DNA from: Psammoneis japonica
Lineage: Eukaryota
DNA: 64,000 nucleotides
Reading direction: 5' to 3'
Assembly: GCA_008632985.1 (NCBI GenBank)
Contig: QPGO01000094.1
Span: 230,721-294,720 of the forward strand
Shown here piece after piece: positions 1 to 14,297 of this stretch (position 1 is the first letter of the stretch; each line of letters begins with the position of its first letter). Made by a program: the position numbers and the translations under genes. The notes beneath the pieces were generated by a model. The model was given only the letters and a program-made list of their open reading frames with translations, was not told the DNA's origin and did not search any database.

Positions 1-3000
1 CTTCATCTGAAAACTGACCGGTCTCACCATCCGATATCTGATCATCTTCACATGAGGAATCGACAAATGAACTATTATCGGAGTGCGAGGGTTCATCCTC
101 TACAACAACGTCCTGCGAAAGTCCACTAGATCGAGTGCTTCGACCTGACACGGCAAGTACCGATTCTCTCGACAAGGCTTGAGATGAACGTGTTGTACGA
201 CGGCTTTCATGAGAGGGACCTGCCTGAGACGAACTTTGCGAAACTGACACCGCGCCCACGGACACTGGAGGCGGTAAATTCTCGAGTGACGTAGCTCCTC
301 CCAAACCACTTGGCAATCTTGACCGGGTGGAACGCGAACGCCTCGAGCTACGCGCATCCTCGTGGAGCTGGTGACTCTGGTTTCCCTCTAATGATGCCTC
401 TTGGTCAGAGTCGTTGAGTTTGTATATTTCGCATTTCGCGTATTCATACATTTCCATCGCACTCTGTGATACCTCACTCGCGGCACCGTTGTATTTGATG
501 CAATTGTCGCGAATAAGCTTAACATCTGAAAGAACGCTCAACTTGTTCGAGTAATAGCCTGTTTCTAGTCGATGCCTGATAAACGACATGTCCATTGGAA
601 CCTCGACTCTATTCGGGTAATCTGCAGTTCGAAACAAATGACGCGGATAGAAGGTGATGTGAGACAAGAAAATAAGAAGACGCGGCAGCATAATAAAACC
701 GGGTCTTACCCGAGTACCGACGCTCATCCACAGGATGCAAAAACCAATTTTGAACCCCATCACGCTCTTCTAAACTCCTGAGGATGCCCTTTATGTTTTT
801 TTTACCTGCTTCGCTTATGCAAGGTGGAGGAGGGCACAGTTTTGCTCTCTCTTCCACTACCATTTCCCAGGGGCTCATAAAGGAAGTTTCGCTATCCGGC
901 CATTGTACCTCTAACGCATCGTATCCGCTCCCACGGACATTATCACTGACATTTTCTCTCTTATTTGCGACACGAACAAGCTGTGCTCTGTACCTTTCCA
1001 TCGTCGAGTCCTCGCCCGCAGAATCGTCCGGCTGAAAATAAGTTAGAACTGGCAGTCCTTCAAATGCTTCGCCTCTATCCTTGATTGCACTTTCTAGCGT
1101 TTCCAATCTCCATCGATACAGTTGCTCCGGTATCACAAAGTCCGCGTCTAATCCTTCAAATAGACTAACCTGGAAATATCCAGAGTTTCCGTCACGGAGT
1201 GAGTGGTAAAGAAAGCAAAAGAAAATGGCGAAGCAAAGAATCATTGTACGACATACCTCGAACGTTATATTGGAAGAACGCGTGTTTGAGTTGCGCGCTA
1301 CGAAACGTGGCTTAGGCCACGGAAACATGCGATCCTGCGATATCTCTGGTATTCCCGTCACGTCAAGCGTCAAAATCGCAACAATAGAGATACATTGCGC
1401 ACCCCCGCCACTCTTATAATAGGACTCAAACGGAAACCTGTAGCGAATTTTTCGAATGGAACATCTTACGACAGGCCACGCGGAACTCCGCGGCCATTCC
1501 TGCCAAGGAGGCTTCAGCGAAGGGAAACTTTTAATCGTATCGCAATGTGCCCGAGGAATATATACCACTGAATCCCCGACTTGTGGTACATAGGTTTTTG
1601 TTCCCATGTAAGAGCTTCTACTCTCAACCCGCCGCAGCCACAGCCGCTTCACGATCCCAGAGTCGGGCAATCGAAAGAAGTGACCTGCCGAAGAATAATC
1701 TTCAACGTAAGGGCCAGAAGGGGTGTTGTTGGTACTCAGAAACTCATCGATGTCGTCATCCGATTCTGACTCATGATAAGGACCACTTAATGTATCTCGT
1801 CGTTGCTGCCTTGAAGAAGATCGCGTTGCCTGACTCACTGTTTGTCGATCATATTCCAACGAATGCTCTCGATCCCGTCGACGCCTCTCCATGCGTCTGG
1901 ACCGCGCCGATACGCGAAGTCTGGCAGATGGAGAATATTCTCTCGAGTCCTCGGAGGCGTCGTCCACGCCATCAAGACTCGAATCATCGTCACTTGAACC
2001 AACCTGTGCAGCAGTTTGATGTGTCACTGCGACAAAATCCTCGTCATCTGATTCCTCTTCGTTAATGCCATCGTCCTCCCGAAGTAAATCATCGTAGTCA
2101 CGCCATTGGTAGTTGGTTGAAAGCTGTCTGCTGCCTCGAGTGCTGGTCGAGCGTTGATTGACCGATGGTCGTTCCCTTTGTCCATCATTCTTCTCCGTGA
2201 TCTGGGAAGACACCACTTTCACGTTGGAGTTGAGGAGAATAGTTCTGTCGGCGTCGAACTCTGCTACAATGATTGTCCTCACTTCTTTAGCAGTTTCAAC
2301 AAGAGGGACCCGATCCATTCGAAGTCTCTTTGCCTTGGATCTAATAACTTCGCGATCCCATCGGCATTCTTGCTCGGTGAGCGGGAAGGGACCCACAAGC
2401 CGGTTAAAGGCACGGCTGATAACATCTGGGCACGGCGTTCCAGCATGCGAACATCGAGCGGCCCGGGGGGCAAGATGCGGGGGCAACTGCGATCCCTTCT
2501 CAATGCAGTAACCATTTGCGTCGTAGTGCAGCTCGTAGTAATCGTTGGCAAAATATTGTTCTTTCGTCCAAGAACATGCAAAACTTCTGTTATCAGCGAT
2601 TCCTGAATGTGAATCTGATTGTATGTGTTCGTTGCGTTTAAGAGTGTCCAAAACAGTAAATCTCCCACTGTCATCCGTAAGGACCAATCTAAGTCCGTCA
2701 GGGCTAAATGAGCCGTCGAGATACCCGCTTTTCTTTCCTCGGTCACTTGCTGGCTCGACTGGGCCGTGATCAACTGAGTTCTGATGGGTGACAATGCATC
2801 CCCCAATATCTAAATCCCAAATCTTAACGCGGCCGTCTGCTCCAGCTGAGCACAAGATGGAAGAATCAGTAGGATGGGGAACAAGAACATTGCAAGTTTC
2901 AGAGTGAGCATTTGCAATTCCCATTAAGCATCGCCCACTGCGACTGTCCCATATTAATAGAACTGAGAACCTGGGACAATATCGCTGGTTCCAGGTTTCG

Positions 3001-6000
3001 ATGGGCAACCCTGAGAAGTTATGATCTTAGAATCGTCCGAAGACCACACAGCAACGTCACAGTGCACGTTACAAGTAGAAATGCTTGCACCAGACTGCCC
3101 CCCAGTAGCCCTCCGTCGTGCTGAAGTCTGTGAACCGGCTGATGGAACACTTCTTTCCCGTGCTGGATGGGTAAGCTTTATCAGTATTTGACGCATGTCC
3201 GAAAATTTGCTCGCGTTCTGACCACTTGCACCAGCAACATGCTCATCTGCAACAGCTTCACTTCCCCAAGACCATATTCGAACCACGCCATCCTTTTGGC
3301 TTGCGGTCAAGATTCTGTCTCCGGAGTGCGAATAAGAAAGGTCCGTAATCGCGTTTACGTGACCAGCAAGTGTTGCCAGAAGAGAAGGATTGCTCAGATC
3401 TTTTTTAAGACGATACGAGGAACGAGATGAGAAAATCGCAATTCAGAAAGTCAAAATGCCCGCCCACGACAAACTTACCGTTGGAATCACCACCACGAGA
3501 TCGCAGCGGGCGGACGAACACTGACTCTCTTGCATTAAGTGTATCTAGCTTGGCAGAACGACTACCGTATTTCTTATCGAGGACCTCAACTCGATAATCA
3601 TCCATGTCCGCCCAAATCCGTCCCATGCCATCGTCGCTGCCCGTTACAAAATGCCCCCCTAGGGGACAGCGAGATACGCAGATAACCTTCACTGCCTTAC
3701 GCCTGGATCTGGTTGAGGGTCCGTGCTGGTTGTCCTCGATAACTTCGCCGTGTTGCAGCTGTGCGATCAGTCGCACGCCCTCATCGATAGCATTGCCAGC
3801 GACAAAGGATCCTTCCATAATTTCATTCTGGAGCTCTGCAGGTACATTTTCGCCAGCATCATTATTTGCATTCCCGTTATTTGAAGCGCCTCGAGGCGGC
3901 AGTGGAGGTACGGCTGCCGCAGGTGGCAGCGGCGGAATGACAGCAGCATTTCCGGGTTCACCATTTGTTTCCGGGAACCTTTGACCCGTTGTGGGAGCAT
4001 TTTCTCGTTGAGGCAAAGGAGGAAGAACGACGGCACTACTATCAACAGCATCAGCGTTCCTCTCACGACCCGTCTCTGCAATCGGAAGAGTGTAGTCCAC
4101 TCTTTTCCCTACGATTGCGCCGTATCTTTTAAGAGCAGCATCGCGTACATCCCAAATACGCGCAAAACCATCAGAAGCAATAGTTGTCAGCCTGTAAGGA
4201 GTCAATGTCGACCATGAGACCTGCAAGATTACAGAGGAAGCAGTGCATTAGCAGATTCCGTTGATGCCGATAATAATTGTGCAAGCATTAGAGAAATCAA
4301 CGCACCATATTTGCACCTCCTGCGTGCCCACGCAAGATTGCAACGGGACAACCGTCCTTCAATCCCCAGATTCTACAGTCTCCATCTTCTGACGCGGTCG
4401 CAAGCAACGCATTGTCAACGCTAACGTCAATATCACAAATGACCCCAGCGTGACCTCGGAGTGTGCAAACCAAGACAGGACGACGGCCATCCTCGTCAAA
4501 GATGCACCTCACTTTACGCGATTCCTCGTCTAGGGCCTGCTTCGACCCGGTTGGTCCCGAGCGGAAAAGTTTGACCAGATAGTCGTCTGCGCCAGTCACA
4601 AAGAATCTACCAGTTCGATCAAAGCACTGGCAATAAACAGGGTATGTGAGGTGGGCGTTGACGGTGACGGCATGGGAAAACTTTTGAGACGTAATGCCCC
4701 TTCGTCCTCGATTGGCTGCAACTTTGTTGGGTGGTCTTCCAAAACGTCGGAGCGATGACCCGGCTGGGTTCCAAGTACCACCCGTATACTGACGAGACGC
4801 GACACTTTGCAGTGCATGAAGCTTAGTCAGCCCAAAGTGCGACAGCGGAGCTGTCAATGTCGATGAAGGGTTCTGCTGGAAAAGATCACGTTGCTCCCAT
4901 CTTGCGACAACGGAGGCCTTACATATCGACATAGCGTCTTCTAACGCACTACTCTGCTCATCGCCTTTTCGGCCAAGGGATTCGACAAGCTCGGTTTGTC
5001 TTTTCAGAATGTGAGCGGTGACGCGTTCGCAGGAGATTTTCCGTGTGCTGATATCCATTAACTTTGCCTCAAGCTCCTTTGACGCCACGGCAGAAGCGGT
5101 GCGCGTTAGGGTTGAGTGGGCTAGTTCGAGTGGACCAACGGGGAGGGTGTTCACTATTCCATGTGATACACGCTGATGCTCTTCTCGTAACTGCCTTTCA
5201 ATCTCGCGCTGCTTCTCCAACGACTGGTCCAGCTGGATCAACTCCTTTTCTTCTTTGGTCTGCTTTTGCCGCAGCGAGAGCAGTCGTCGCATCGCTTCAC
5301 AAGCTCGCTGGGTGGTTCTTCTGTAATCCGATTCAACGAGCAATTCCAATTGTTGCTGACTGAGAGTTTCTTTCTTGTTTGACTTTGTTACCTTATCTAG
5401 CTGTAAGTCTTCATTCTGATGTGAGCTTGCGACAGTAGTAGGAGGATGTAGCGCAGAAACAACGAGAGGTGTAACGTCTTCCTGTTCTTGTGAATCATTT
5501 TCTGTAGCACTGCCTAGTCTTCGCCCACCGTCGGCCGTGGTTGACTTGGCTCTTGCTTCAATGGCATATTCCACAATCGACGATGATGGGATACTCTCAT
5601 GAGCGGCAGACTGTAACGCTGCGGTGTTTGAAGCGCTCGAACGAACGACGTTTTCGAGATGTCTCGTGGGTAACGCGGGCCAACGACGAGCCACGTCCGA
5701 AAACAAAACATTCCGATCCGTATCCAACTCTTCCCGTCCCGCCAAGCCCGCCTGTACCAAAATACACGACCCGTAAGAAAGCCATAGTGAGTAAATCGAA
5801 GTATAGTATCAACATAAGCTTAATATAACGCTTCAGTCGAACGGTGGTAGGCGAGTACACTTACATGACTGGCGGTGCCGTAGGCGCCTAGCTCGGAGAA
5901 GGCAGAAGCAATCTCTGAAGCTGCACGGCGTATTCGAAGCAGTGCATCTTGATTGGGTCGATCTTGACTTTCTGATGCTTCCCTTCTTTCCCCGTAATGT

Positions 6001-6110
6001 GCAAGCCAATGAGTAACGAGAAAAGGCAACTCGGCCACAGTCCTATCGTTGTTTCTGGGACGTGTCGCGGCCGTGTCTTCGTCGTTCGTGCCTTGTAATT
6101 CAGACGACAT
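1..6110 (-). CDS. BRWD1/PHIP-like WD40-repeat + bromodomain protein (multi-exon, runs off the left edge)
   Basis: N-terminal ELPFLVTHWL segment; WD40 repeats (VYCQCFDRTGRFFVTGADDYLVKLF, LRGHAGVICDIDVS, SAGADGRVKIWD); YVPQVGDSVVY region; after the intron at ~623-709 the frame reads DYPNRVEVPMDMSFIRHRLETGYY...IRDNCIKYN (bromodomain). GT-AG introns. One apparent 1-nt frameshift near 2960. Confidence 0.85.
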
Positions 6111-6774
6111 TTCGGCTCCTCGATTTACTGATACTGCTCTATTGCCTTGTAAAGACGTCCAGAAGATGAAGTGATAACACAAGAGGGACCCGCAGTGATG
6201 TTAGACGACACAAATCCCACAGATACGCCGCTGTCTTTGCTCTCATTGCGAAAATCGAAAAATCGAAAAAATGTCGATCGTCTGTCCGCTTTAGGTCTGT
6301 GCGCCAAAATCCACGGCGTTGCGACCCCTTTGCGCCCCAATCTCGTACTCAACGCATGTACTTTTCCACCTACTTCATTTGCCCGTGGGTTCGGTACATC
6401 TAGTTTGACGATTAGAATCTGGAATTTGGAATCACAAACATTTTCATACATATTATTGAAGGAAAACGTCGAACAATAGCTAATAAAATATTCACATATA
6501 GATAGAATGAATGTTACTTATTTCTTGAATAATAATCGAACATGTCCGTTCCGGAAATAATAATATAAAAATATCGTTACATTCATTTACGCTGAGACAT
6601 AAGTAGCGAGGAGAAGCGCGTACGTACGATTGCGTATGTTGAGCCAGTGACGTAGTGTTGTACGAGGAACGCACTACCATCGTAGCTGTCGTATCATTCC
6701 CTTGTGCCTCTTCAACCACCAATAAGAAGCGCCGTGTCCCAAACAGCTTTTCAGTCTGAACAACAGATGCCACC

Positions 6775-9183
6775 ATGGCGCTCTTGGGCGGCCTCGATTG
6801 CGGGGCAGGTGGTATACCTACTGGAGCAGCTGCCGCATTTGGCAGTATAGCTATGAATGGCGACGAGTACGTGCGTTGCAATCACTGTGGATACGGTGGC
6901 TGCGATGTGAGGGTGGCAGGTTGCGGCTGCACCCTTCATGCGGTGAGTTTTCTCGCGTTTTCTGGTACCGATTCCTACGTAGAGCCTACTCGTGAACGCA
7001 GGGAAAATGCGAAAAATACCGCTGCTCATCTCACTCGTTGTGTCTGCGTTTTCGTTTGTCTCAGCGATGTACTCGAGTAAAGAGGGAAGGCGCTTTATCA
7101 ACATGCCCTCAGTGTGCCAAGCCAACAACAGGTTTGGTCCTTTTTCCGATGTCTTTCCGTGAGATCGACGAGGCCCGCAAGACGGTTGCTGCACTCTCAA
7201 CGACTGGCCGTCGCGGTCGCAAGAGGAAGAGCTCGGGAGGCGACCCTGAGATCTCCAAGATCGAGGAGCAAGGAGCGTATATTTCGGACCGTCGTACTGG
7301 GCGCTGGACTACGGAAGAAATGGCTTATTGCGATAAGCTTATTGCCAAGTTTGGGTCGGGAGAACTTCCTCTCACCGACGGAATCAAGCTGAACGACTTT
7401 CTCGGCAATATGCTCAAGTCGAAGCAGTCGCGTTTGACAAAGAAGATGAAGAACGCAAAACTCAGTTCCAAGACTTTTGTGGCGACAAAGGGACACTTGG
7501 CTGATCCCAACGTTGCCCGCGAATTCTCTGATGCGGAGGATGCATTTTTCCACTCGATTCAGTGTCACCAAGAAAGAGCGGAGATCAAGTTCCACATGCA
7601 GAAGGAATGGCGCGAGCAGTTCAGCGCCTATTGCGCTTCTCTGGGTCAGCCTCTGGATGCTGACGCTTGGCTTAGCAGTGTTGAGGAGATGGACCGCCGT
7701 GCGTCAACAGCTAAGGACGCTGCTAGGATGGCTCGCCGTAAGCTCATGATGGGCTTTGCTTTGCAGAAGGACGCCAAGAACCCGGACCGAGGTGTCTTCA
7801 TTGAAAAAGCCCACGTAGACATGCGCGCAGCTGAAGCTGTTGCTCCAGTCACTTCAGGGGATGGTTTATCTACCGAAGCCAGCGATTCCGACGAGATACT
7901 TGCTCTTCTTGCTGACAAGACAATTTTCAACCCAGACGCGATCGATCACGGCGGACTCGTCAACGGCAAAAGCAGCCAGCTACACTCTGCACCTTTCCTA
8001 AGCAAGGTTATCGCATACATTCAGAGGCACAACATTCCCTTTGAACATGTTGATCTTTGGGTACCTTCCTTTGTTCCTGTCGGAGATGGTGCTATGGCTC
8101 CCGCCGCTGGAAGCAACACAGCCTGCAGGCTCTGTTTTGCGGGTAGTGCGACCACGGAAGTACAAGCTACTCCAGACGGCAAGGGCACCGTCACTCTCTC
8201 GAGTGAGGAGCAGTTCAACCTCCTTGCTTTTGGTGACTACAGTCAGAAGTTCTCTTTTGATGTCGGATGCGGCTTGCCCGGTCGGGTATACCAGAGTGGC
8301 CTTCCTACTTGGGAACAAAGCGTACAAAACGCGCCGCACCACCATTTTGAACGCTGCGGTGGCGCAAACCAGTGGGGTATCAAAACCGTTGTTGGTATTC
8401 CTATTGCTAGTCCCAACGTTGGCCGTATCGTTGTTATTCTCTACTCTCGTCTTGATCGTGAAAAGGATCAGGAAGTTGTCAGTCGCCTCTCTGATGAGTT
8501 CACAAGGGTACGAAGGGCGTGTTTTATATTTTCTTCACAGTGTCTTGATATAGCAAAAGCGTATTCTAACACTTACACTGTTTCTTTCTTTCTTGCAGCT
8601 AATGCCTTCGCCCAAGTGGAAACTTGTCGTTGACATTGGGGAGCCTGAACCTGAAGCAGCGTCCCCAGCCACGTCTTTGCTTACGAGTGACCCTGTGGCC
8701 GTGTCCGACAAGGATGACTCTGACAAGGGCGACAAGGACTCTCGCGTGGACGAAATAGTCTCTCTCCTAGGCCAGTACATGCCTTCCGATCCGTCGTCTC
8801 ATCTTGCGATGTATGTGCCGGGTTTTATGTCGCTCAGGCTTCTGCTACTACGTCCTACAAGGACTACAGATGAAGAAGACCTTGTTCGCACGATTCTTGG
8901 CTCCTACTCTTCCTACTCTACGGGTGGAAGGTCAAAGTGCGACATTGCCGTCATGCTTGCCAGAGACTTTATGTTTCTGACCCAACAGCAGCAACAGCAG
9001 AACCAGGCGCCGCCTTTTCTCGGCTTGGGGCAAAGCATGATGTCAGTGGCGCCATCGACAACGAATTTTAGCTTTTTCGGGCTGCCTTCCGGCTCGTCAA
9101 GCTTCCAGAACTCCCCTGCGTTGGCTCCTATTCCGGCTTCTGTCGGTGGCCTCGCTGATAATTTGTCGATTGTGTCGACATAG
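6775..9183 (+). CDS. RING-like Zn finger + conserved RTGRWT..SRLTKKMK domain + NLP-type GAF-like domain protein (exons ~6775-6942, 7065-8507, 8599-9183)
   Basis: Spliced Cys/His pattern CNHC..C....CGC.LH.RC...CPQC; GLPGRVYQSGLPTWEQSVQ segment resembling the GAF-like region of plant NIN-like proteins; GT-AG introns keep the frame. No RWP-RK motif seen. Confidence 0.7.
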
Positions 9184-9824
9184 CTTTGTTGCAGGGAAAT
9201 TTTTGGCGTGCTTTGCCCCTTACTTTTTGGTGCACCTCTATATGTTTTGGCAGCGGGGGCTGTCAGTTTTTCAGTTTTGTTTATTTCATGAGCCGAGGCG
9301 AAGGTTTCGAAGTAATTCAATTTAATTTTGTCACGGCAGGCCGCGAAGCGCATTTGTTACGCTTGCGTGCTTTGTACATATCACAACCTGTCCATCGATT
9401 CTTTTTTCGTTTTTGGGTAGACTAAGGTTCTGCCAACAGTTTTGCTTACATAAATTCCAATTGTTACATTACTTTTTTTACAGTACGTTTTACTAGTCGA
9501 TGACGTTAAGGGGCGGCTGCTTTACACGGACTACACGGAATGGTTGTGAAGAAACGGTGCTCATACAGTAATTCAAAGTGTCAACTACTGTGCGACTACA
9601 GTTGTTCTTAACTCTAGAGAGATATGCAGTTAACGAGCAGTACAATAAATAACAGTCGAATCAACCATAGGAGTAAACTAAGATTGGATTCTCTTTTTTT
9701 GTTTTCGTGCATACGGGGGGCTACTGAGAGGGAAAATATCGGCGCTGTCTGGGGAGACGAAAGCAGTTATAACCAGGCCGTTCATTTTGTAGGAGATCGG
9801 ATCGGATGACTATATGCGGTTCTA

Positions 9825-12149
9825 TCATGAGCCTTGGCTTTCATGGGGGTTGTGGGCAGAGTAGTGGTGAGCATCTTGTTTCAACGTGGCACCGGTATGC
9901 GAGGCGGACGCAGCTGCTTGTGACAGCATAGGAAGCATTGCTGCTTGTCCGATTCCTTCCAGAAAACCAAGAGCTGGCGAGCCAGCAGTACTCAGCATTT
10001 GTAACGGGGACATTTGCGCGAGCACCCTATCTACAGCTGTGCTTTGGTTTGAATGAATCGGTTGACGGGAAAGAAAAAGATAGTCCTGAACCAGCAGCGT
10101 CACCACCTCGCCCTTTGGACGACCAGTCGCCAAATACGAAGTGTAGGAATCAAGAAGTGATTTGATCAGATTCGTTTCTCCTTCTGTCTTGCATGCCTTT
10201 AGCAACGTAAGGCGGAGAGAAGTCAAACCCTGGGCCAAAGGAGCCGATGATGATGATGATGTCGGGGCGGCTAGCAAGTGTTCGCCAATAAGTGATGCAA
10301 TTTCATTTACCCGGCTATCTTGGTCGTCAGGTATTATACCAGCTGATGCATCTGCATCTGTCGGCGCCACGGGTTTGCTTTCGACGCTGTTGGCTGGACT
10401 ACCTATGTCAACCACGAGCTTCCACTTTGGGAATGGAAAGAACTGTAGACCATCCGTAAGAGAAACTGACTTAAGAAACAATCTCCAAGGAGAGCTCAAA
10501 TGTAAGATTTGTCACAACGCACCTTTGTAAGTCCATCGCAAAGCTTTGTAACGATGTCTTGGTTCTTGTTTCGGTCATACAGAGAGTAAAATACAACAAC
10601 AATTCGCCCGACATTTGGACTTGGGACTGGGATCGCCAGCGCTGTTTTGAGACCCCACTGGCTTGCGCCACCACACCGTTCAAAATGGCGATGCGGTGCG
10701 TTCTGCACGTTTTGCTCCCAGGACGATACTCCAGTCCGATACACTCTGCCTGGAAGTCCGCAACCGACGACGAAAGAAAACTTCTCGCTGTACTCTTCAA
10801 ATGCAGAAAGGTTCGATAGGTCATCGGGAGTTAATGGAGTCAATCCACGCCCATTCTCGGCAACTTTCTGATCAGCTGTCGCCGATCCCGCGAAGCAAAG
10901 CCTGCACTTCGTTTCATCGTGGTATTGCGATTTGTCTGAAGGAACAAATGAGGGCACCCAAGCATCAACGTACTCAAACGGAAAATTGTGACGACGCAAG
11001 AAGGAAATGGTTCTGGCTAAAAAAGGAGACGCTTGCAGTGCTTTCGTCCTTAGCGGTGCACGTGCCGAAGACGCGAGGCTTTTCGAGGTTTCGTTACCAT
11101 TCACATGTGTATTTGCGCCGCCTGCTTGCATTGCTATAGATCTCATTCGTTCTTCACCGCCAGTAGAACTCGAACGATCAATGATCACTCCTCGGTCGGG
11201 GTTCATACTGTCCTTACTTAGGGCGTAGCCCATCATGAGCTTCCTACGATGCATTCGTGCTGCATCCTTAGCGCGACTCATGCGACGGTCCAACTCCTCC
11301 ACGCTAAAGAGCCATGCAGCAGCATCTAAATTCCGGCTGGTATGAATACAGTAAGTGCTAAAGCGTTCTCGCCACTCCTTTTGAATATGAAATCGAATTT
11401 CAGCTCGTTCCATGGTGCAAGTTATCGATCGAAAGAATAAGTCCTCAAGCTCCGAGAAATGCCTTGCGGCATCAGGCTTCACGATGTATCCTGTCGAACG
11501 CTTAAAGATCCTCGTACTAAGTTTTGCGTTTTTCATTTTCTTTGTCAAGCGAGACTGTTTGGACTTGAGCATTTTGGCCAGGAATTCATTCAGTTTGACA
11601 CCTTCGACAAGAGGAAGCTCCCCCGAGCTAAACTTTTCAATCAGCTTGTCACAATATCGGGTTTCTTCGTGCGTCCAGCGACCGGTTCTTAGATCGTTCT
11701 CTTCGCTACTTCCTGATGATGTGTCATCAGTAACTGCAGCCGTCCCTTCTGGATGAAGTCGCGCAATGGTGGCACTTTTTCGTTTCTTCCCTCGTTTGCC
11801 GGAGACAGAGACCGACATTGCTGCTGCCGCTTTTCGAGCCGCGTCAAGTTCCTCGAACGACATCGGCAGAAGTTGCAACCCCTTCATCACAGAGCATCGA
11901 CACGTTGGGCAGCTCTTCAAGCTCTCCCCGGACGGTGTACATCTCTTGCAGCACAGACGAGAAGTTACATGTTAGAGACATGACAACACATCACACAACA
12001 GCATGTTCAAAAAGTTGCTCGGCCTTCCTCTACCCATGTTCACGGATCACAAAAACGATACAAATACATACCACATGAAGAGAGCAACCGCAGTCTGTTA
12101 TGCGGACATCGCATCCGTCGTATCCGCATCGACCACAACGCGCCGCCAT
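9825..12149 (-). CDS. Paralogue of the 6775-9183 gene (exons ~12149-12072, 11944-10523, 10442-9825)
   Basis: Same domains (RCGRCGYDGCDVR..CGCSLH, RTGRWTHEE..KSKQSRLTKKMKNAKLS, GCGLPGRVY, PKWKLVVDIG) and same two intron positions. Confidence 0.75.
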
Positions 12150-12766
12150 TGTCAATTTTCACTCTAAAAAATGAGAAAATTGGCTCGGTTTCGAGTTTTC
12201 GATGCAGTGGCTGGTATGTCTCAACTTCAACTAGACAGTTGTCTGATCTACTTGAGATTCAGTATACAAAATACGAACGTTAATTAGGGACATCTTCTTG
12301 AACATTTTCTATATATAGCTTTTAATAGGTATACTCTCTTCTCCGCACCAATCAAAATGCCGGAAGTTTCACGGAAGTTTCAGAGCCACTCAATCCCAGA
12401 AGAACGGCTAGACGGCCAGACTGGACCGTCCGTCGTGCCACGCCACAACTCCGTTGTGAAGTGCCGGTATGGTGGTGAACCGCGGCGCAGAGAGCATAGT
12501 TTCCGTAATCCTGACGACCTCTATTATCATACCGTACTCTCTACTCTCTAGCTAGGTTCCTACCTCTAGTAGCTAGCTCTAAATACAACTTTGATCCTTT
12601 AGGTCGATCCTGCATATACGTTCTGATAGCCTTGAGTAGGAGCAATGTGAGGCTTGACAGAACATTCCGTGCTGCAGTTCCTTTTCCATTTCCATTTCAA
12701 ACACATGTCTAATTCTAACTTAGAGTATATGCCTGTTCCTATCCTGTACAGCCTTCCTACTCTGTC

Positions 12767-14297
12767 TTACTCGAGCATTCTTAGGTGTTCGCCTGTCGCC
12801 TCTGATTCTCTCAATCGATAACCTAAGACTAGTTGCCATAGCGCTAGTTGTTGTAAAGCTGCACCGGGGACTTCCATCTCAATTTGATTTTTGTCACGTG
12901 CAACTTCGCCTCTTTTTGATGGAGGAACACCCTCGATGACATAATCTACTAGCAGCTTCATCGCATCCAGGACTTCGGGACTGATTCCCTTGGTCAAAGA
13001 CTGAACATCTCCTTGCAGCGAGGAGATATATGTAGCAATGCCTTCTGCACCTCCAGTCGGAGGACTGACGACAGAAGCTTCTCCTGACACAAGTCCTCCG
13101 GGCATCACATCTTCCCCGTCCTCTCTCCGAAGGCTCATTCTGAGCGCTTCAGCCTCTTTCTTTAAATCATTAATGTAATCCTTTGCCGAAACTTCAATCA
13201 CAGTCCCATCTTTGAGTTCCACTTCGATGTTCCCAGAAACGCTGGGCTCCGGGGCTTCAACTGGTGTGTCGGTCTCCCCGCCGTCCTCACTTTGCAACAG
13301 CGGCGTTTTTGAGGGAGCTTTCGCGCCGTTCTTCACCGCCATGGCTCCCAAGCCGCGTTCAAACTCCGCCCAGGAAATACGACCATCGTCGTTTTCATCA
13401 AAGAAACGCATAAATGATTCCACTTCAAACGCGGGAGGTTTGTCGTCGCCGTAAACATCACCCAAGAGGGCCTCAATTTCTCCAGCTTCTATAAATCCAC
13501 TCTTGTCACTATCCAATCTGTCAAATGCCTCTCTGTAGTCCTCCAGTGATGCTGAGCCATGAATGTTCATCAGGTCTTTCAACGCAAGCACATATTCGGC
13601 ATTTCTAAACATGTATCCGGTCATTTGCAGCTGAAAGCAGAGATTTCCAATCTTTTCCCCACTGGCCTTTACAACCGTCTCGATTCCCATTGATGGGTTT
13701 GTAAGTCCTCCCAGTAAAGATGTTACAGCAGACGCTGAACGTGCAAAGACGTAAAACATATGAGCAATCCATGGCGATGAGACAATCACGACAAAAACAT
13801 TATCCTAGGAGGAAGGGTGCAGTGGGGTAGTTGAACTCACACATTGCCGTAACAACTTGGGGTGAAGCTTTAGAGACAAATGAGGTTATCGCTTCATTTG
13901 GAGATTCTGATGTTAAGGATCGAAACAACGCATTAGAAGGTCCAACGCGGCCCGTTTCTTGATCGCCGATGCGATCTCGCAGAGTACCCAATGCCCCACC
14001 CCAGTCCACGGTCGTCGTTGGATGTGCCAAGCTTGAGTTTTCATTGTCTAAAAACTCAGAGGATGCAGCCTCCGTGTATGGGTCTGCACCTTCATCTTCT
14101 TCATCTTCCTCGTCGTCGTCAGGGAAGTTATCTTCGGTCAACGCATCGAACAACCGTGTACGCGTGAAGAACGCGTTGAAAGCGACCGCATCTCTCGTTG
14201 ATGACAAAAAAGCCGGACTGACCGGCGAAAAGCAAGAAGCATCCCACAATAAGAGGGGGGAAAATAATGTAAAAACCCAACACCGGCTTCGGATCAT
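12767..14297 (-). CDS. Plastid-targeted DUF760-like protein with two EF-hands (exons 14297-13841, 13734-12767)
   Basis: Signal peptide ending ASC-F; GNLCFQLQMTGYMFRNAEY and LALWQLVLGYRLRESE segments typical of DUF760; canonical EF loops DSDKSGFIEAGE and DENDDGRISWAE. Confidence 0.7.

Noticed and set aside
1..6110. BRWD-like gene as the effector of the hypermutation
   Set aside because: A conserved housekeeping chromatin reader with no deaminase, methyltransferase or polymerase motif; proximity alone is not evidence.
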